DNA from: a virus
Virus record (IMG/VR): IMGVR_UViG_3300044972_000601
Location: 32,001-96,000 of that record
Direction: 5' to 3' (one strand)
DNA: 64,000 nucleotides
The translations under genes were made by a program, and so were the position numbers. The notes beneath the pieces were generated by a model. It saw only the letters and a program-made list of their open reading frames with translations. It was not told the origin of the DNA and searched no databases. Below are positions 9,755 through 18,827 of the stretch, one piece after another (position 1 is the stretch's first letter; every line of letters begins with the position of its first letter).

Positions 9755-10120
9755 TTACACTAAGATATTGCGGCTTTCGTAGCTATCTGCAAGTGGTGCA
9801 ATTCGATATCCAAGCAAGCTAATTTTTTCTCTGTAAGAGTTTAGTATCTGTGCTATAATCTGACTTAATTTTACATCAGTTAATGACGTCAATGTATCTA
9901 ACAGTTCAAAAGAATTTACGTTATCTAGTCTTGCTTGATTAAGTAACACAATTGCAATGCTTCTTGCACCTTCTGTGTCAAATCCTCGTTTTAAGAAAAA
10001 TCCAACGCTTGCATCTATTTCGTTGGCTGGAAAACTAACTGCATTAACAAAAAACTTATCAAAGAACTGTTTAGTATCAAGTGTTGAATTTGTATTAACG
10101 GTTGGTAAATTACTGGCCAT
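9755..10120 (-). CDS. Hypothetical protein
   Basis: 121-aa ORF translationally coupled to the upstream gene. Confidence 0.6.
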   Translation of the reverse strand: MASNLPTVNTNSTLDTKQFFDKFFVNAVSFPANEIDASVGFFLKRGFDTEGARSIAIVLLNQARLDNVNSFELLDTLTSLTDVKLSQIIAQILNSYREKISLLGYRIAPLADSYESRNILV

Positions 10121-11121
10121 TATGGTTCTATACCTAAATTAATTTTTTTAGCAACTGTGGTGTTGCTGTTCGCTACGTTAAGCGATTGCGGAAATGTAGT
10201 ATTTTGAATTCCGCCAACAGTTTGTATAGTGTTTGTTGACAACAGCCCAGATACACCGGATGCAGGCCTAGTTTGTGTATTTTGATATGAATTAATACTA
10301 GTCACAGTATTATTTAATGACTCTACTGCATTGTTAGTAACATTTTGTTGAGATACAAAACTTGGGCTTGCATTGTCAACTTGTGGCAATCCTTGCAACG
10401 GGCTTGGAGTTAAGTCATAATGTTCTAAGCCCCATCCTTCAACGTTCTCCGAACTCACAGTTCCCATTTCATAACTGACTGCTTCGTATCCCAAAGCCAT
10501 AGAAAATTCATGTAAATCTTTGGATGCATATCCTACTTCTTTATGGTCGAATTCTTTAATAATAGGATTATGTAATTTATAACTAACATACTCGTGTCTG
10601 GCCATCTGATATATTTTAATATAATTAAAAAACGGTGCAGTACTACCGTTATCTAACCCGTATGCAGTTTTAATAAAATCACTGTTTCTAGTGGCGTTTC
10701 TGTTGTAAGAACCTGATGCTTTGGCACTTAATGAATCAGCATAATAATAACTGTAGTAGTTTTGCCACAACTGATTAATCAGGCTCATGTTGTCATCGTG
10801 AAATGTAATTCTGGCATCTTCAAATTTGTGTTGAAATTGTATTATTTTTTTTCTATTGTACTGATTAACTTGGTCAGTGCTTATTGTAAACTTGGGCAAG
10901 TTGATCTTTTTAACCAACACACTAATCTCATTTCTATGACGTTGGGACAGGTCTATTGTTTTCAATGCCGCCGGATTGATATTAAATGCCACGTGAAATT
11001 GAAAATCAAACTTGGGTGCAAGTCTGAACTGATCCGATACAAATGTTCTACTTGCGTGTTGAAAATCACGCAATAATACATGCGAATTTGCTGTCAAAAA
11101 TTTAGTTGGAGTGAATGCCAT
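10120..11121 (-). CDS. Tail tube-like protein (gp19 paralog; possible gp54/gp48-type tube initiator)
   Basis: PKFDFQFHVAF...VKKINLPKF...NQYNRK...ITFHDD parallels the tube protein's PKMKYRFRVSF...ARPSV...EVYNSK...IKLRDD. Confidence 0.65.
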   Translation of the reverse strand: MAFTPTKFLTANSHVLLRDFQHASRTFVSDQFRLAPKFDFQFHVAFNINPAALKTIDLSQRHRNEISVLVKKINLPKFTISTDQVNQYNRKKIIQFQHKFEDARITFHDDNMSLINQLWQNYYSYYYADSLSAKASGSYNRNATRNSDFIKTAYGLDNGSTAPFFNYIKIYQMARHEYVSYKLHNPIIKEFDHKEVGYASKDLHEFSMALGYEAVSYEMGTVSSENVEGWGLEHYDLTPSPLQGLPQVDNASPSFVSQQNVTNNAVESLNNTVTSINSYQNTQTRPASGVSGLLSTNTIQTVGGIQNTTFPQSLNVANSNTTVAKKINLGIEP

Positions 11122-11170
11122 AACAGTATTTATTTAAAATATAAACTACGTAGTTAATGATCAGTCGTTT

Positions 11171-11194
11171 AAAAACCCACCGAAGTGGGTTTTT
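11171..11194 (-). terminator. Intrinsic terminator after the tail tube gene
   Basis: Minus strand AAAAACCCAC-UUCG-GUGGGUUUUU with a cUUCGg tetraloop. Confidence 0.88.
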
Positions 11195-11201
11195 ATATAT
11201 C

Positions 11202-11837
11202 TTAGTAAAGTCCGCCGCCAGTAACAGCAGTACCACGCTTTTGTTGGAATCCAGAAGTGCCAAATCCTGCGCCAGCGCCAATTTGTTGTGCGTTATCATA
11301 TTGAATTGACAAGTCGATTAACATGATATCTGCACTGCCTGTGTAGCTAAGTGCTTGGTAGTTGGTTGATTCTAAGTAGCAACCATACAATTCCCAAGTT
11401 TCGAGTACTGTGATTGCTTCAGCACCATTGCCGCCGTCAAGCATTTCGATACGTGTGATAAACTTGTAATCGCCTGCAGATGTAGCACTTGCCTGCTCAA
11501 AGAAGTCAAACTGTTTTTGATTCTGTTCGCCAACAAGTTTGGTAACTGCGTTGGTGATATCATCACGTAGTTTGATCGCAACAGGTGTAAAAGTTGGCTT
11601 ACCAGCATAATGAATCTTGCTGTTGTAAACTTCGATGGTCTTGTCTTCAAACTTAACGCTTGGGCGTGCCGCATCAGCGACTTGTTTTGTTAATTCAACA
11701 GTACTACCTGATACACCAAAGTTTTCAAATGAAACACGGAATCTGTATTTCATTTTTGGCATTAGTAGACCCTGTGTAGCAGAGCTTTGATTGCTTGCTA
11801 ACGGTACTGTAAATCTTGATAATGATGCAATTGACAT
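11202..11837 (-). CDS. gp19: Tail tube protein
   Basis: Directly downstream of the sheath gene; YAGKPTF.P..IKLRDD, ETWELYGCY, LSIQYDNA. Confidence 0.85.
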   Translation of the reverse strand: MSIASLSRFTVPLASNQSSATQGLLMPKMKYRFRVSFENFGVSGSTVELTKQVADAARPSVKFEDKTIEVYNSKIHYAGKPTFTPVAIKLRDDITNAVTKLVGEQNQKQFDFFEQASATSAGDYKFITRIEMLDGGNGAEAITVLETWELYGCYLESTNYQALSYTGSADIMLIDLSIQYDNAQQIGAGAGFGTSGFQQKRGTAVTGGGLY

Positions 11838-11854
11838 TTATGTTCTCCTAATTA

Positions 11855-14800
11855 TTATAGACCTGCTATCTCGCCAGTGTTCTTCAAGCGTAGTGGAATG
11901 TAAATAAATTCAACTGCTTTCACTGGTTCAATTGCAACATCAAGGTATAGTTCGCTGCGATCGATTCTTGCAGGCGTATTATTTGAAGTATCGCACACTA
12001 CCAAGTAGTCGTACAATGCACGTTGTCCTACTAATTCAAGCAATAGACTTTCTGCGGCTTGTTTAATTTCATTACGTGTGATAGTGTCGTTTGGTTCAAA
12101 CACATATGGTTTTGCCAACTGGGCAAACTGTCTACGTAGATAAATCACCAAACGTGCCACGTTAATGCGATCCAATGAGCTCGCAGTTAATTGTCGTGTA
12201 TATTGTCCAAAGTTAACTAGACCAGTGCCTGTGATGAATGTGATTGGGTTCACATGAATGCTTGCTAGCGTATCACGTTGTCCGTTGTTCAATGCAGTTG
12301 CATTAAATTCACCAGTTAGCGGATCAACATAACCCACTGAGCTAACATTAGTAATACCGCCACGGCGTGTTCCTGCTGGAGCAAACCATGGATAAGAGAC
12401 ATTATCGCTTAGAGCAATTGTACGCAACATCATGTGGCTTGGAGGAACAACAATGTTGTTGCCTAACAAGTCTGTGGTATAACCCCATGGATAGAACACA
12501 CCAAGATAAGCATCTGTTGCAATTAATCCGTCATCGCCGTTAACTGTTGCGTTTGCTGTGTTGTTACCCCAGTTGCTTAGTGTAGTAGCATCTGGTGTTA
12601 AACGTGCTGGTGTATCGCCAACCACGAATGCAGTTTGTCCACGGTCGTAGTTTAAGCCAACCAATGCTGTAATTGCTTCAGTATAACCTGGGCAAGCCAT
12701 CAAGTTGAAAATAAGTGATTCTTCATCACGCATGTTTGTGTTGCCGTTGATTTCTGCATTGATTGCAGCAAGTACAACTTGACGTACAGCCTTGCGTCCA
12801 AATGATCCAGCACCATTAACTTGGTTGGCAGCATAGCTAACCCAGCGAGCTGGATAGTAGTCTGTCATCACTTCATCACCAAATCGGATGTTACGTGCAA
12901 GAACATCAACATAAGTTTCTTGATAACGTTTAACGTTAAATCCACTACGACGCAAATTCCATAACAATGTTCCTGATGGATACAATGCAGGATCTGGACA
13001 GTCAAAATCTACAAAATCGCTGCCTAACAAGTCAACTATAGGACTAGCGTCAGGACCTTCACCAGTTGTGTTCCAACGTGCGTCTGCAAATAAAACACCA
13101 TTTTGTGTTGTTTGATCTGCGTTATCAAGTAGTACCCATTTCTTAGTGGTAAAGTTAAATTTATAGATTAATGGGAAGTTTTCTAAATCAGCAGTACTGA
13201 TCCACAAATCTCCGTTTACCAGTGCAGTTCCATCAGACTGTAATGTTGGTCTAGTTGCACTAACAATCGGACCTGTTGGATTACTGCCTGCAATACTGCT
13301 ATAACCCTTCCAAATTGTACCGTTATGCACCATGATATCAACTTCGTCAATCATGGTGTTGTACCACAATGTACCGTCTGTTGGTGTTGATGTAGGTGCA
13401 GTGTCACTTGATGTAATATCAAAAGACTCTGTCCACAAACTTGCAACACCATCTGCAACACCTGTTGGATCTAGGTAGAAATTAGTAGTTGTACCAGCTG
13501 CAAATAGTTGATTTATCGGAGCACCAGTTCCGTCGGTGAATTTAATGTCGCCGCCGTCTGTGTGACTAATAACAATTTGATTAGTAGTAGTTCTTGTGGC
13601 AGTTACTGGAAGACCAGTTAGTTGAGAATGTAACTGATCCAACAATGAATTTACGTTTTGCACAGGATCAGTTCCTGCTGTAAATGTAACAGTGACATTG
13701 GTGTAGGTATTTGATCCTGCACGGCTTACGTCCAATTGGAATGTATTAGTGCCAGCAGTGAAATTACGGGCAGTTGTGATTGCAATCGAAGTTACTATAG
13801 TTGGACCAACTCCTGAACGTGCATAAATTTTAAAATCTGCTTCGTTGGTTGTTTCGGCATCATTTGTTTTTACATAAACAGTACCGATTGCTAGGCCTAG
13901 TCCACCTGTTAATGGATCTAATCCGTTAAGGGCCTGGGCTGCTGTTGGGTATAACGAAACTGCTTGCTCTACAAAGGCACCAGTAGTTGCACTGTATTTT
14001 TTAATAATATAGTCTGCACCTTGATTAGGTTTAGTTGTCTTAACCCAGATTGAACCAGTTGGAGCATTGTCTGCATCGAATGTTGGAACTGAAGTGTGTT
14101 TGCTGATTTGTAATACAGGAGCGATATAAGTAGTTGAAGATAATCCAACTTTTGCTACAGTAGTGCCACTGATCACAATGTCAACACCACTAGAATAAAG
14201 ATTTAAAAATCCGCTAATTGCGGCTGCTTTAACACCACCTGCAGAAATGTTTGCAGCATTGATGGCAGCAGCCAATGCAGTCACTGACTCAACACCAGTT
14301 ACAGTAACACTGTTAATAACAATTTCGTCGCCCACTAGCAGAGTGGGACTAACTATGTTTCCAGTGGCAGCAGGCCAACTTGCTTTCCAAGCACCTGTTC
14401 CAACTTTAACCCATGTTCCTGCGGCTGTGTTTGTTAAAACTTTTTTGTAGTACAATCTATTAAGACTTGTAGTTGCTACCAGTGCATACTCGCCGTTGGC
14501 ACCAACTGAAGTTGCAGGATCTCCGTCTGCAACTGCTCCGACTAGTTGATTAACATCAGTGATGATTGTTGGGTAACGAACATTGTCCGTGCCAAATGTG
14601 CCAGTGTCTGCGTTATATTGGTTGACGCCAAATTTGGTGTCCGCAGTAGCAAACCAGTATGTTCCGTCAGCTGGTGCACCAGTAGGTGCTTCTGCTTTGC
14701 CTGTCAGTTGGTCAAGATCTAAATCTGCACGTACCACATACGCACGATTGCTCACCCCTAAGAAGCTGTATGCAGCCTCTAAACCATACTCATTCTGTTC

Positions 14801-15064
14801 ACCAGCATGGATAGGATTGTTGTTTGAGTCAGTGTAAAATTTGGGTATACCAAATGTATCTGAAAGATCTTTCTGGCTAGTAAGCAAATATATTTTGCCT
14901 GCGTTTGCTGCCAGTGTTCCAGGTGCGGTACCAGTACCTGCACCATTTTGTTTATTTTCTGCGGAAGCAACGACAATTAACGGTACAGTGCCGGGGGCAG
15001 CTGGAGTGTAGAAACTCTCGTCTATTACTGTTACGCTTACGCCTGGTGAACTTAATTGAGCCAT
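11855..15064 (-). CDS. gp18: Tail sheath protein (enlarged, ~1070 aa)
   Basis: N-terminal LSSPGVSVTVIDES; C-terminal YPWFAPAGTRRG, LDRINVARL, FEPND..TR, IEPVKAVEFIYIPL. Start at 15064 has SD GGAG. Confidence 0.95.
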   Translation of the reverse strand: MAQLSSPGVSVTVIDESFYTPAAPGTVPLIVVASAENKQNGAGTGTAPGTLAANAGKIYLLTSQKDLSDTFGIPKFYTDSNNNPIHAGEQNEYGLEAAYSFLGVSNRAYVVRADLDLDQLTGKAEAPTGAPADGTYWFATADTKFGVNQYNADTGTFGTDNVRYPTIITDVNQLVGAVADGDPATSVGANGEYALVATTSLNRLYYKKVLTNTAAGTWVKVGTGAWKASWPAATGNIVSPTLLVGDEIVINSVTVTGVESVTALAAAINAANISAGGVKAAAISGFLNLYSSGVDIVISGTTVAKVGLSSTTYIAPVLQISKHTSVPTFDADNAPTGSIWVKTTKPNQGADYIIKKYSATTGAFVEQAVSLYPTAAQALNGLDPLTGGLGLAIGTVYVKTNDAETTNEADFKIYARSGVGPTIVTSIAITTARNFTAGTNTFQLDVSRAGSNTYTNVTVTFTAGTDPVQNVNSLLDQLHSQLTGLPVTATRTTTNQIVISHTDGGDIKFTDGTGAPINQLFAAGTTTNFYLDPTGVADGVASLWTESFDITSSDTAPTSTPTDGTLWYNTMIDEVDIMVHNGTIWKGYSSIAGSNPTGPIVSATRPTLQSDGTALVNGDLWISTADLENFPLIYKFNFTTKKWVLLDNADQTTQNGVLFADARWNTTGEGPDASPIVDLLGSDFVDFDCPDPALYPSGTLLWNLRRSGFNVKRYQETYVDVLARNIRFGDEVMTDYYPARWVSYAANQVNGAGSFGRKAVRQVVLAAINAEINGNTNMRDEESLIFNLMACPGYTEAITALVGLNYDRGQTAFVVGDTPARLTPDATTLSNWGNNTANATVNGDDGLIATDAYLGVFYPWGYTTDLLGNNIVVPPSHMMLRTIALSDNVSYPWFAPAGTRRGGITNVSSVGYVDPLTGEFNATALNNGQRDTLASIHVNPITFITGTGLVNFGQYTRQLTASSLDRINVARLVIYLRRQFAQLAKPYVFEPNDTITRNEIKQAAESLLLELVGQRALYDYLVVCDTSNNTPARIDRSELYLDVAIEPVKAVEFIYIPLRLKNTGEIAGL

Positions 15065-15096
15065 ATGTTTTATCTCCATGAATACATGTTCTAATG

Positions 15097-15104
15097 TATT
15101 TATA
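15097..15104 (-). promoter_or_regulatory. T4-type late promoter for the sheath/tube operon
   Basis: Perfect TATAAATA on the minus strand, ~33 nt upstream of the sheath ATG. Confidence 0.8.
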
Positions 15105-15142
15105 GGTTTTTTGGTTTTTCTAGCTGATATAGCGTAATGAAA

Positions 15143-15173
15143 TTGACAAAAAAGGCTTGAAAAGGTATAAATA
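15143..15173 (+). promoter_or_regulatory. Composite sigma70 plus late promoter for the HNH gene
   Basis: TTGACA (15143-48)-N17-TATAAA; the -10 box is also a perfect TATAAATA (15166-73). Confidence 0.8.
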
Positions 15174-15196
15174 TTTTCACAAAGGTCTTAAAAGGT

Positions 15197-15916
15197 ATGC
15201 ATCCAGATTTAATAAAAAACAAATATACAAAATGGTACGCTTTGATTATTGCTAATTGTAAAATGCGTGTTAAGCCAACTGTTTATACAGAGTCTCATCA
15301 TATTCTTCCTAGGAGTTTAGGAGGTGCTGATGTTCCTGAAAATTTAGTAATCTTAACTGCAAGGGAGCATTTTGTAGCACACTTGCTATTAGCTAAAATG
15401 TACAGAGGCGATAGTGGAATTAAGATGGCACAGGCTATTAATGCTATGTCTATGCAGGATCGTGACGGAAAACGTACTCGATTAAATTCAAAAAAATATG
15501 CTCTTGCAAAGTCAATAATTAGTAAAATATATCGACAAGCTGGCAAAGAATATAAAAAAGAAAAAACAATACAGGATGAAATCTTATCTGCACATACTGA
15601 TCTAACAAAAGTATTTGATAGGGGATCTTGTAAGATATGCGGAATTCGACCAAAAACTATTAATTATATCAAAGAAGGCAAGACCTTTTATAGATCAACT
15701 TGTACTATTTGTAGTAAAGGAGATACACGAGAACGGGTTCCAGATTGGATGCGGGATGGCTATAAAAAATTAACAAATTGCGAAATATGTAATTTTAAAT
15801 CAAAATTTACAGAACAATTACTTGTAAATAAAGAAAATAAAAAATACAAAACAATCTGTTTAAACTGTCAAGTGGCTATTAAATTGACTCCGCCGAAGTT
15901 AATTCCCGATTTATAA
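15197..15916 (+). CDS. HNH endonuclease fused to a Zn-ribbon domain
   Basis: ESHHILPRSLGG.D..ENLV.LTAREHFVAHLLL HNH motif; the C-terminal half has four CxxC pairs. Confidence 0.8.
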   Translation: MHPDLIKNKYTKWYALIIANCKMRVKPTVYTESHHILPRSLGGADVPENLVILTAREHFVAHLLLAKMYRGDSGIKMAQAINAMSMQDRDGKRTRLNSKKYALAKSIISKIYRQAGKEYKKEKTIQDEILSAHTDLTKVFDRGSCKICGIRPKTINYIKEGKTFYRSTCTICSKGDTRERVPDWMRDGYKKLTNCEICNFKSKFTEQLLVNKENKKYKTICLNCQVAIKLTPPKLIPDL

Positions 15917-16538
15917 GAGGGTATACTTGGGCGTACAAGTCATCAATGTGTCCATTGTTGTCTAATACAGCATCAAACTCAGTACCAACCCATGCAGTTT
16001 CACTGGCATGAATTCCTAATTCTTCTATTTTAGACTTGCTCAATGCCCAGGTCATGTTGCCTCGGTCACCTTTATTCATGCTGATTGCCGCGTCGTACCA
16101 TTCAGGTTCAGTGCCTCGGAGAACACGTACAACAATGCCGCCAGCATCTTTAATTGACTTAATTTCGTTAGGAAAGCGGCAATCACTGATAACAACATCG
16201 TCTGTACTATTACGTAGCTTGTTTTCTAAACTGGCAATCCAAATATCATCGTGAAATGCTCGACGACATACTTCAGTACCCCAGTATTGTAACACCCAAC
16301 GTGGTGTGAGATTGGGTATATTCAAGCGTTCTGACCACCAAGGATCTACCTGTTCACGCCATTCACGGGCTTGTTTAGTGCGTCCTTCTAACATAGTACG
16401 GTCCCAGCCGAACACTTGTGCCACTGCATCTTTAAGACTATTGGCAAATGATTCTCGACGAAATCCGTGAAAGTTAGTAAGGTAGTCGGCAATAGTATCT
16501 TTGCCAGAACCAATAAAACCGCAAACGCCTATAATCAT
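15879..16538 (-). CDS. Deoxynucleoside monophosphate kinase (T4 gp1-like)
   Basis: IIGVCGFIGSGKDT P-loop, SFANSLKDAV, PRWVLQYWGTE, ISDCRFPNE, HASE. Confidence 0.92.
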   Translation of the reverse strand: MIIGVCGFIGSGKDTIADYLTNFHGFRRESFANSLKDAVAQVFGWDRTMLEGRTKQAREWREQVDPWWSERLNIPNLTPRWVLQYWGTEVCRRAFHDDIWIASLENKLRNSTDDVVISDCRFPNEIKSIKDAGGIVVRVLRGTEPEWYDAAISMNKGDRGNMTWALSKSKIEELGIHASETAWVGTEFDAVLDNNGHIDDLYAQVYPLINRELTSAESI

Positions 16539-16560
16539 AGAGCCCCCTAATAATAGCTCT

Positions 16561-16589
16561 ATTATATAACAGTTTTATTACAAAGTCAA
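16561..16589 (-). promoter_or_regulatory. Sigma70-type early promoter for the dNMP kinase
   Basis: TTGACT-N17-TATAAT on the minus strand. Confidence 0.8.
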
Positions 16590-16597
16590 TTTATTTG

Positions 16598-17383
16598 TTA
16601 GCCAATAACAAATGCATAGCCTGTACCACCTGCTATGTAAGTTTCCATTTCTTTGTCAAGATCTTTAAGTTCCGCTGTTCCAGCAGTTAATAATGCTGTA
16701 CCGTTTAGTGTGATGGCACTACCTGGCCCTGCAATAGAACCAAACTTACTGCGGGCTTCTCCCAGCATGATTTTACAACTTGCCAGTGTATAGTCTTTGA
16801 GCCATTGTTTGGCATAGATATCCTGTAGCAATACCCAGTCTGGACGATAGTTCTGACTCTTAATTAAAATTTGTTCGCCTTGTGCAAACGGGCGTTGTAA
16901 AATGTTTAGAATATGACTTGTGGGCTTCCAACTAAATTCAATGAACGATCCAAACATTTTACCCACTAGCTTTTGATAGCCAGCAAATAGTTCATATGTT
17001 GCAAGGCCGCCCATCATACTACCCGACATCAAATAGGTATTTGTATAGGCCAAGTTGAATGGTTCAAACAATGTACCACCTGCACCCATACCACTTCTAC
17101 TGCCAATTGCTCTGCGAAATACACTTTGCACATTGATAATTTCGTCGGGCAAGCGATATTCGTTTTGATCCTGTATTAATTCAAGGAAGCTATAACTTTC
17201 CTCCACTGCGTTTGGACTGCGTTGTCGAAAGCGATTTAACGCACGATCAAGTCCAGTTTCATAGTGAATAGGGTCAAGCTCTACTTCAATCATGCCATCG
17301 CCAAGCATGGCACGAACATAGTCAAACACTTTGTTTCGTTCCAATAATGAATTAGATTCTGTTGTTGCTGGTAGATCGTCCAT
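16598..17383 (-). CDS. gp13: Neck protein (gp13-like)
   Basis: LGDGMIEVELD, EYRLPDEII.V..V, WLKDYTLA.CK..LGEARSKF, TLNG..L, ends FVIG. Confidence 0.85.
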   Translation of the reverse strand: MDDLPATTESNSLLERNKVFDYVRAMLGDGMIEVELDPIHYETGLDRALNRFRQRSPNAVEESYSFLELIQDQNEYRLPDEIINVQSVFRRAIGSRSGMGAGGTLFEPFNLAYTNTYLMSGSMMGGLATYELFAGYQKLVGKMFGSFIEFSWKPTSHILNILQRPFAQGEQILIKSQNYRPDWVLLQDIYAKQWLKDYTLASCKIMLGEARSKFGSIAGPGSAITLNGTALLTAGTAELKDLDKEMETYIAGGTGYAFVIG

Positions 17384-17399
17384 ATAAGTTCTCCATGTA

Positions 17400-17419
17400 T
17401 ATTTAGCTGGCGATAAATA
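17400..17419. promoter_or_regulatory. Back-to-back late promoter boxes for divergent gp13/gp14
   Basis: GCTAAATA on the minus strand (17400-07) and GATAAATA on the plus strand (17412-19), in a 40-bp gap. Confidence 0.7.
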
Positions 17420-17423
17420 TCAT

Positions 17424-18827
17424 ATGCCAAGACTATCACTGTATAAACCCGAACGTGGGCAAGATTATAAATTCATGGATCGCCAGATTTCTGAGATGTT
17501 TCAGGTTGGCGGTACAGATGTATACTTGCACAAGTATATGGGTCCAAAATTAAACCCAAACGGTACCGCAGATCAACCTGTAATTGATTCATACAATGTG
17601 GCAAACATACAGGATTTACTGTTTTTAGAAAACCGTGATAGGAAATACGAAGAAGAAATATACCGTATTCGTGGCATTTATAATGTGCAAAATATCGACT
17701 TTAATCTAAGTCAGTTTGGCCTGTTCATTGATAACGATACAATTTACATGACTGTGCATATCAACGATTTTATCAAGTATATCGATCGTAAACCTATCAG
17801 TGGCGATGTGATAGAACTACCGCATTTGAAGGATCAATTTGCACTGAATGATTACGATATTGCCTTGCCACGATATTATGTAATTGAGGATGTGGGCCGT
17901 GCCAGTGAAGGATTTAGCCCAACTTGGTATCCGCATTTGTACAGATTAAAACTTAAGAAAATAACAGATAGCCAGCAGTTTGCTGACATTCTCAACAAAC
18001 CTGCTACAGATGCTAACGGTGATCCAAGTGGTATGACATTGCGTGATTTGCTCAGTACACACAACAAAGAACTGGAAATCAACGATCAAGTTGTTGCACA
18101 AGCAGAAGCAGATGCACCCAAGAGTGGATACGAAACAAGACAGTTTTATACACTTGCAGTTGATTCTACGGGCAAACCAACATTAACAACCGCGGATGAA
18201 ACTGATATATCAGCGGCATCTTCAGTAAGAGCAAGTCAAGTGAATGGTGTTCCGGAGCGTACTGGATATACAGGTTATTTGGTAGGCGACGGTTTTCCAG
18301 TTAACGGATACGAGTTTGGATTTGGAATACAGTTCCCTATGGCACCAGCACAAAATGATTTCTTTTTGCGTACTGATTTTTTACCCAATAGACTGTTTAG
18401 ATTTGATAGTACTAGATGGATCAAAGTTGAAGATGCAGTACGTATGAATATGACTAATAACGACACAAGACGTACTTTTAAGACTAACTTTATTAACAAT
18501 ACTAATCACATGTATACTGATATTGTTGCTACTGATTATGTAAGATTAGAAATTGGAGATACGGTTGTACTTACTAACATTGCGTCCACTGTCACAGCAC
18601 CGTATGTTGTGTTAAAACTTGATACAAACAAATTAGAATATGCACTTGCAGATCATCCAGAGTTAATTTCTATTGCAGGTAGTTTTATACAAATAGCATT
18701 GCCAGTTATTAATCTAACACAAGAAACAATTCCTTACGATGGAGCGTGGACTGTAACGCTATACAATGTACGCGAAGAAGAGAGGCAAAGTCTCTCTAAG
18801 GCACTTAAACCCAAGGCAGATCTATAA
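17424..18827 (+). CDS. gp14: Neck protein (gp14-like) with C-terminal extension
   Basis: GGTDVYLHKY, QDLLFLENRDRKY, LSQFGLF, GDVIELPHL; lies between gp13 and gp15. Confidence 0.75.
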   Translation: MPRLSLYKPERGQDYKFMDRQISEMFQVGGTDVYLHKYMGPKLNPNGTADQPVIDSYNVANIQDLLFLENRDRKYEEEIYRIRGIYNVQNIDFNLSQFGLFIDNDTIYMTVHINDFIKYIDRKPISGDVIELPHLKDQFALNDYDIALPRYYVIEDVGRASEGFSPTWYPHLYRLKLKKITDSQQFADILNKPATDANGDPSGMTLRDLLSTHNKELEINDQVVAQAEADAPKSGYETRQFYTLAVDSTGKPTLTTADETDISAASSVRASQVNGVPERTGYTGYLVGDGFPVNGYEFGFGIQFPMAPAQNDFFLRTDFLPNRLFRFDSTRWIKVEDAVRMNMTNNDTRRTFKTNFINNTNHMYTDIVATDYVRLEIGDTVVLTNIASTVTAPYVVLKLDTNKLEYALADHPELISIAGSFIQIALPVINLTQETIPYDGAWTVTLYNVREEERQSLSKALKPKADL

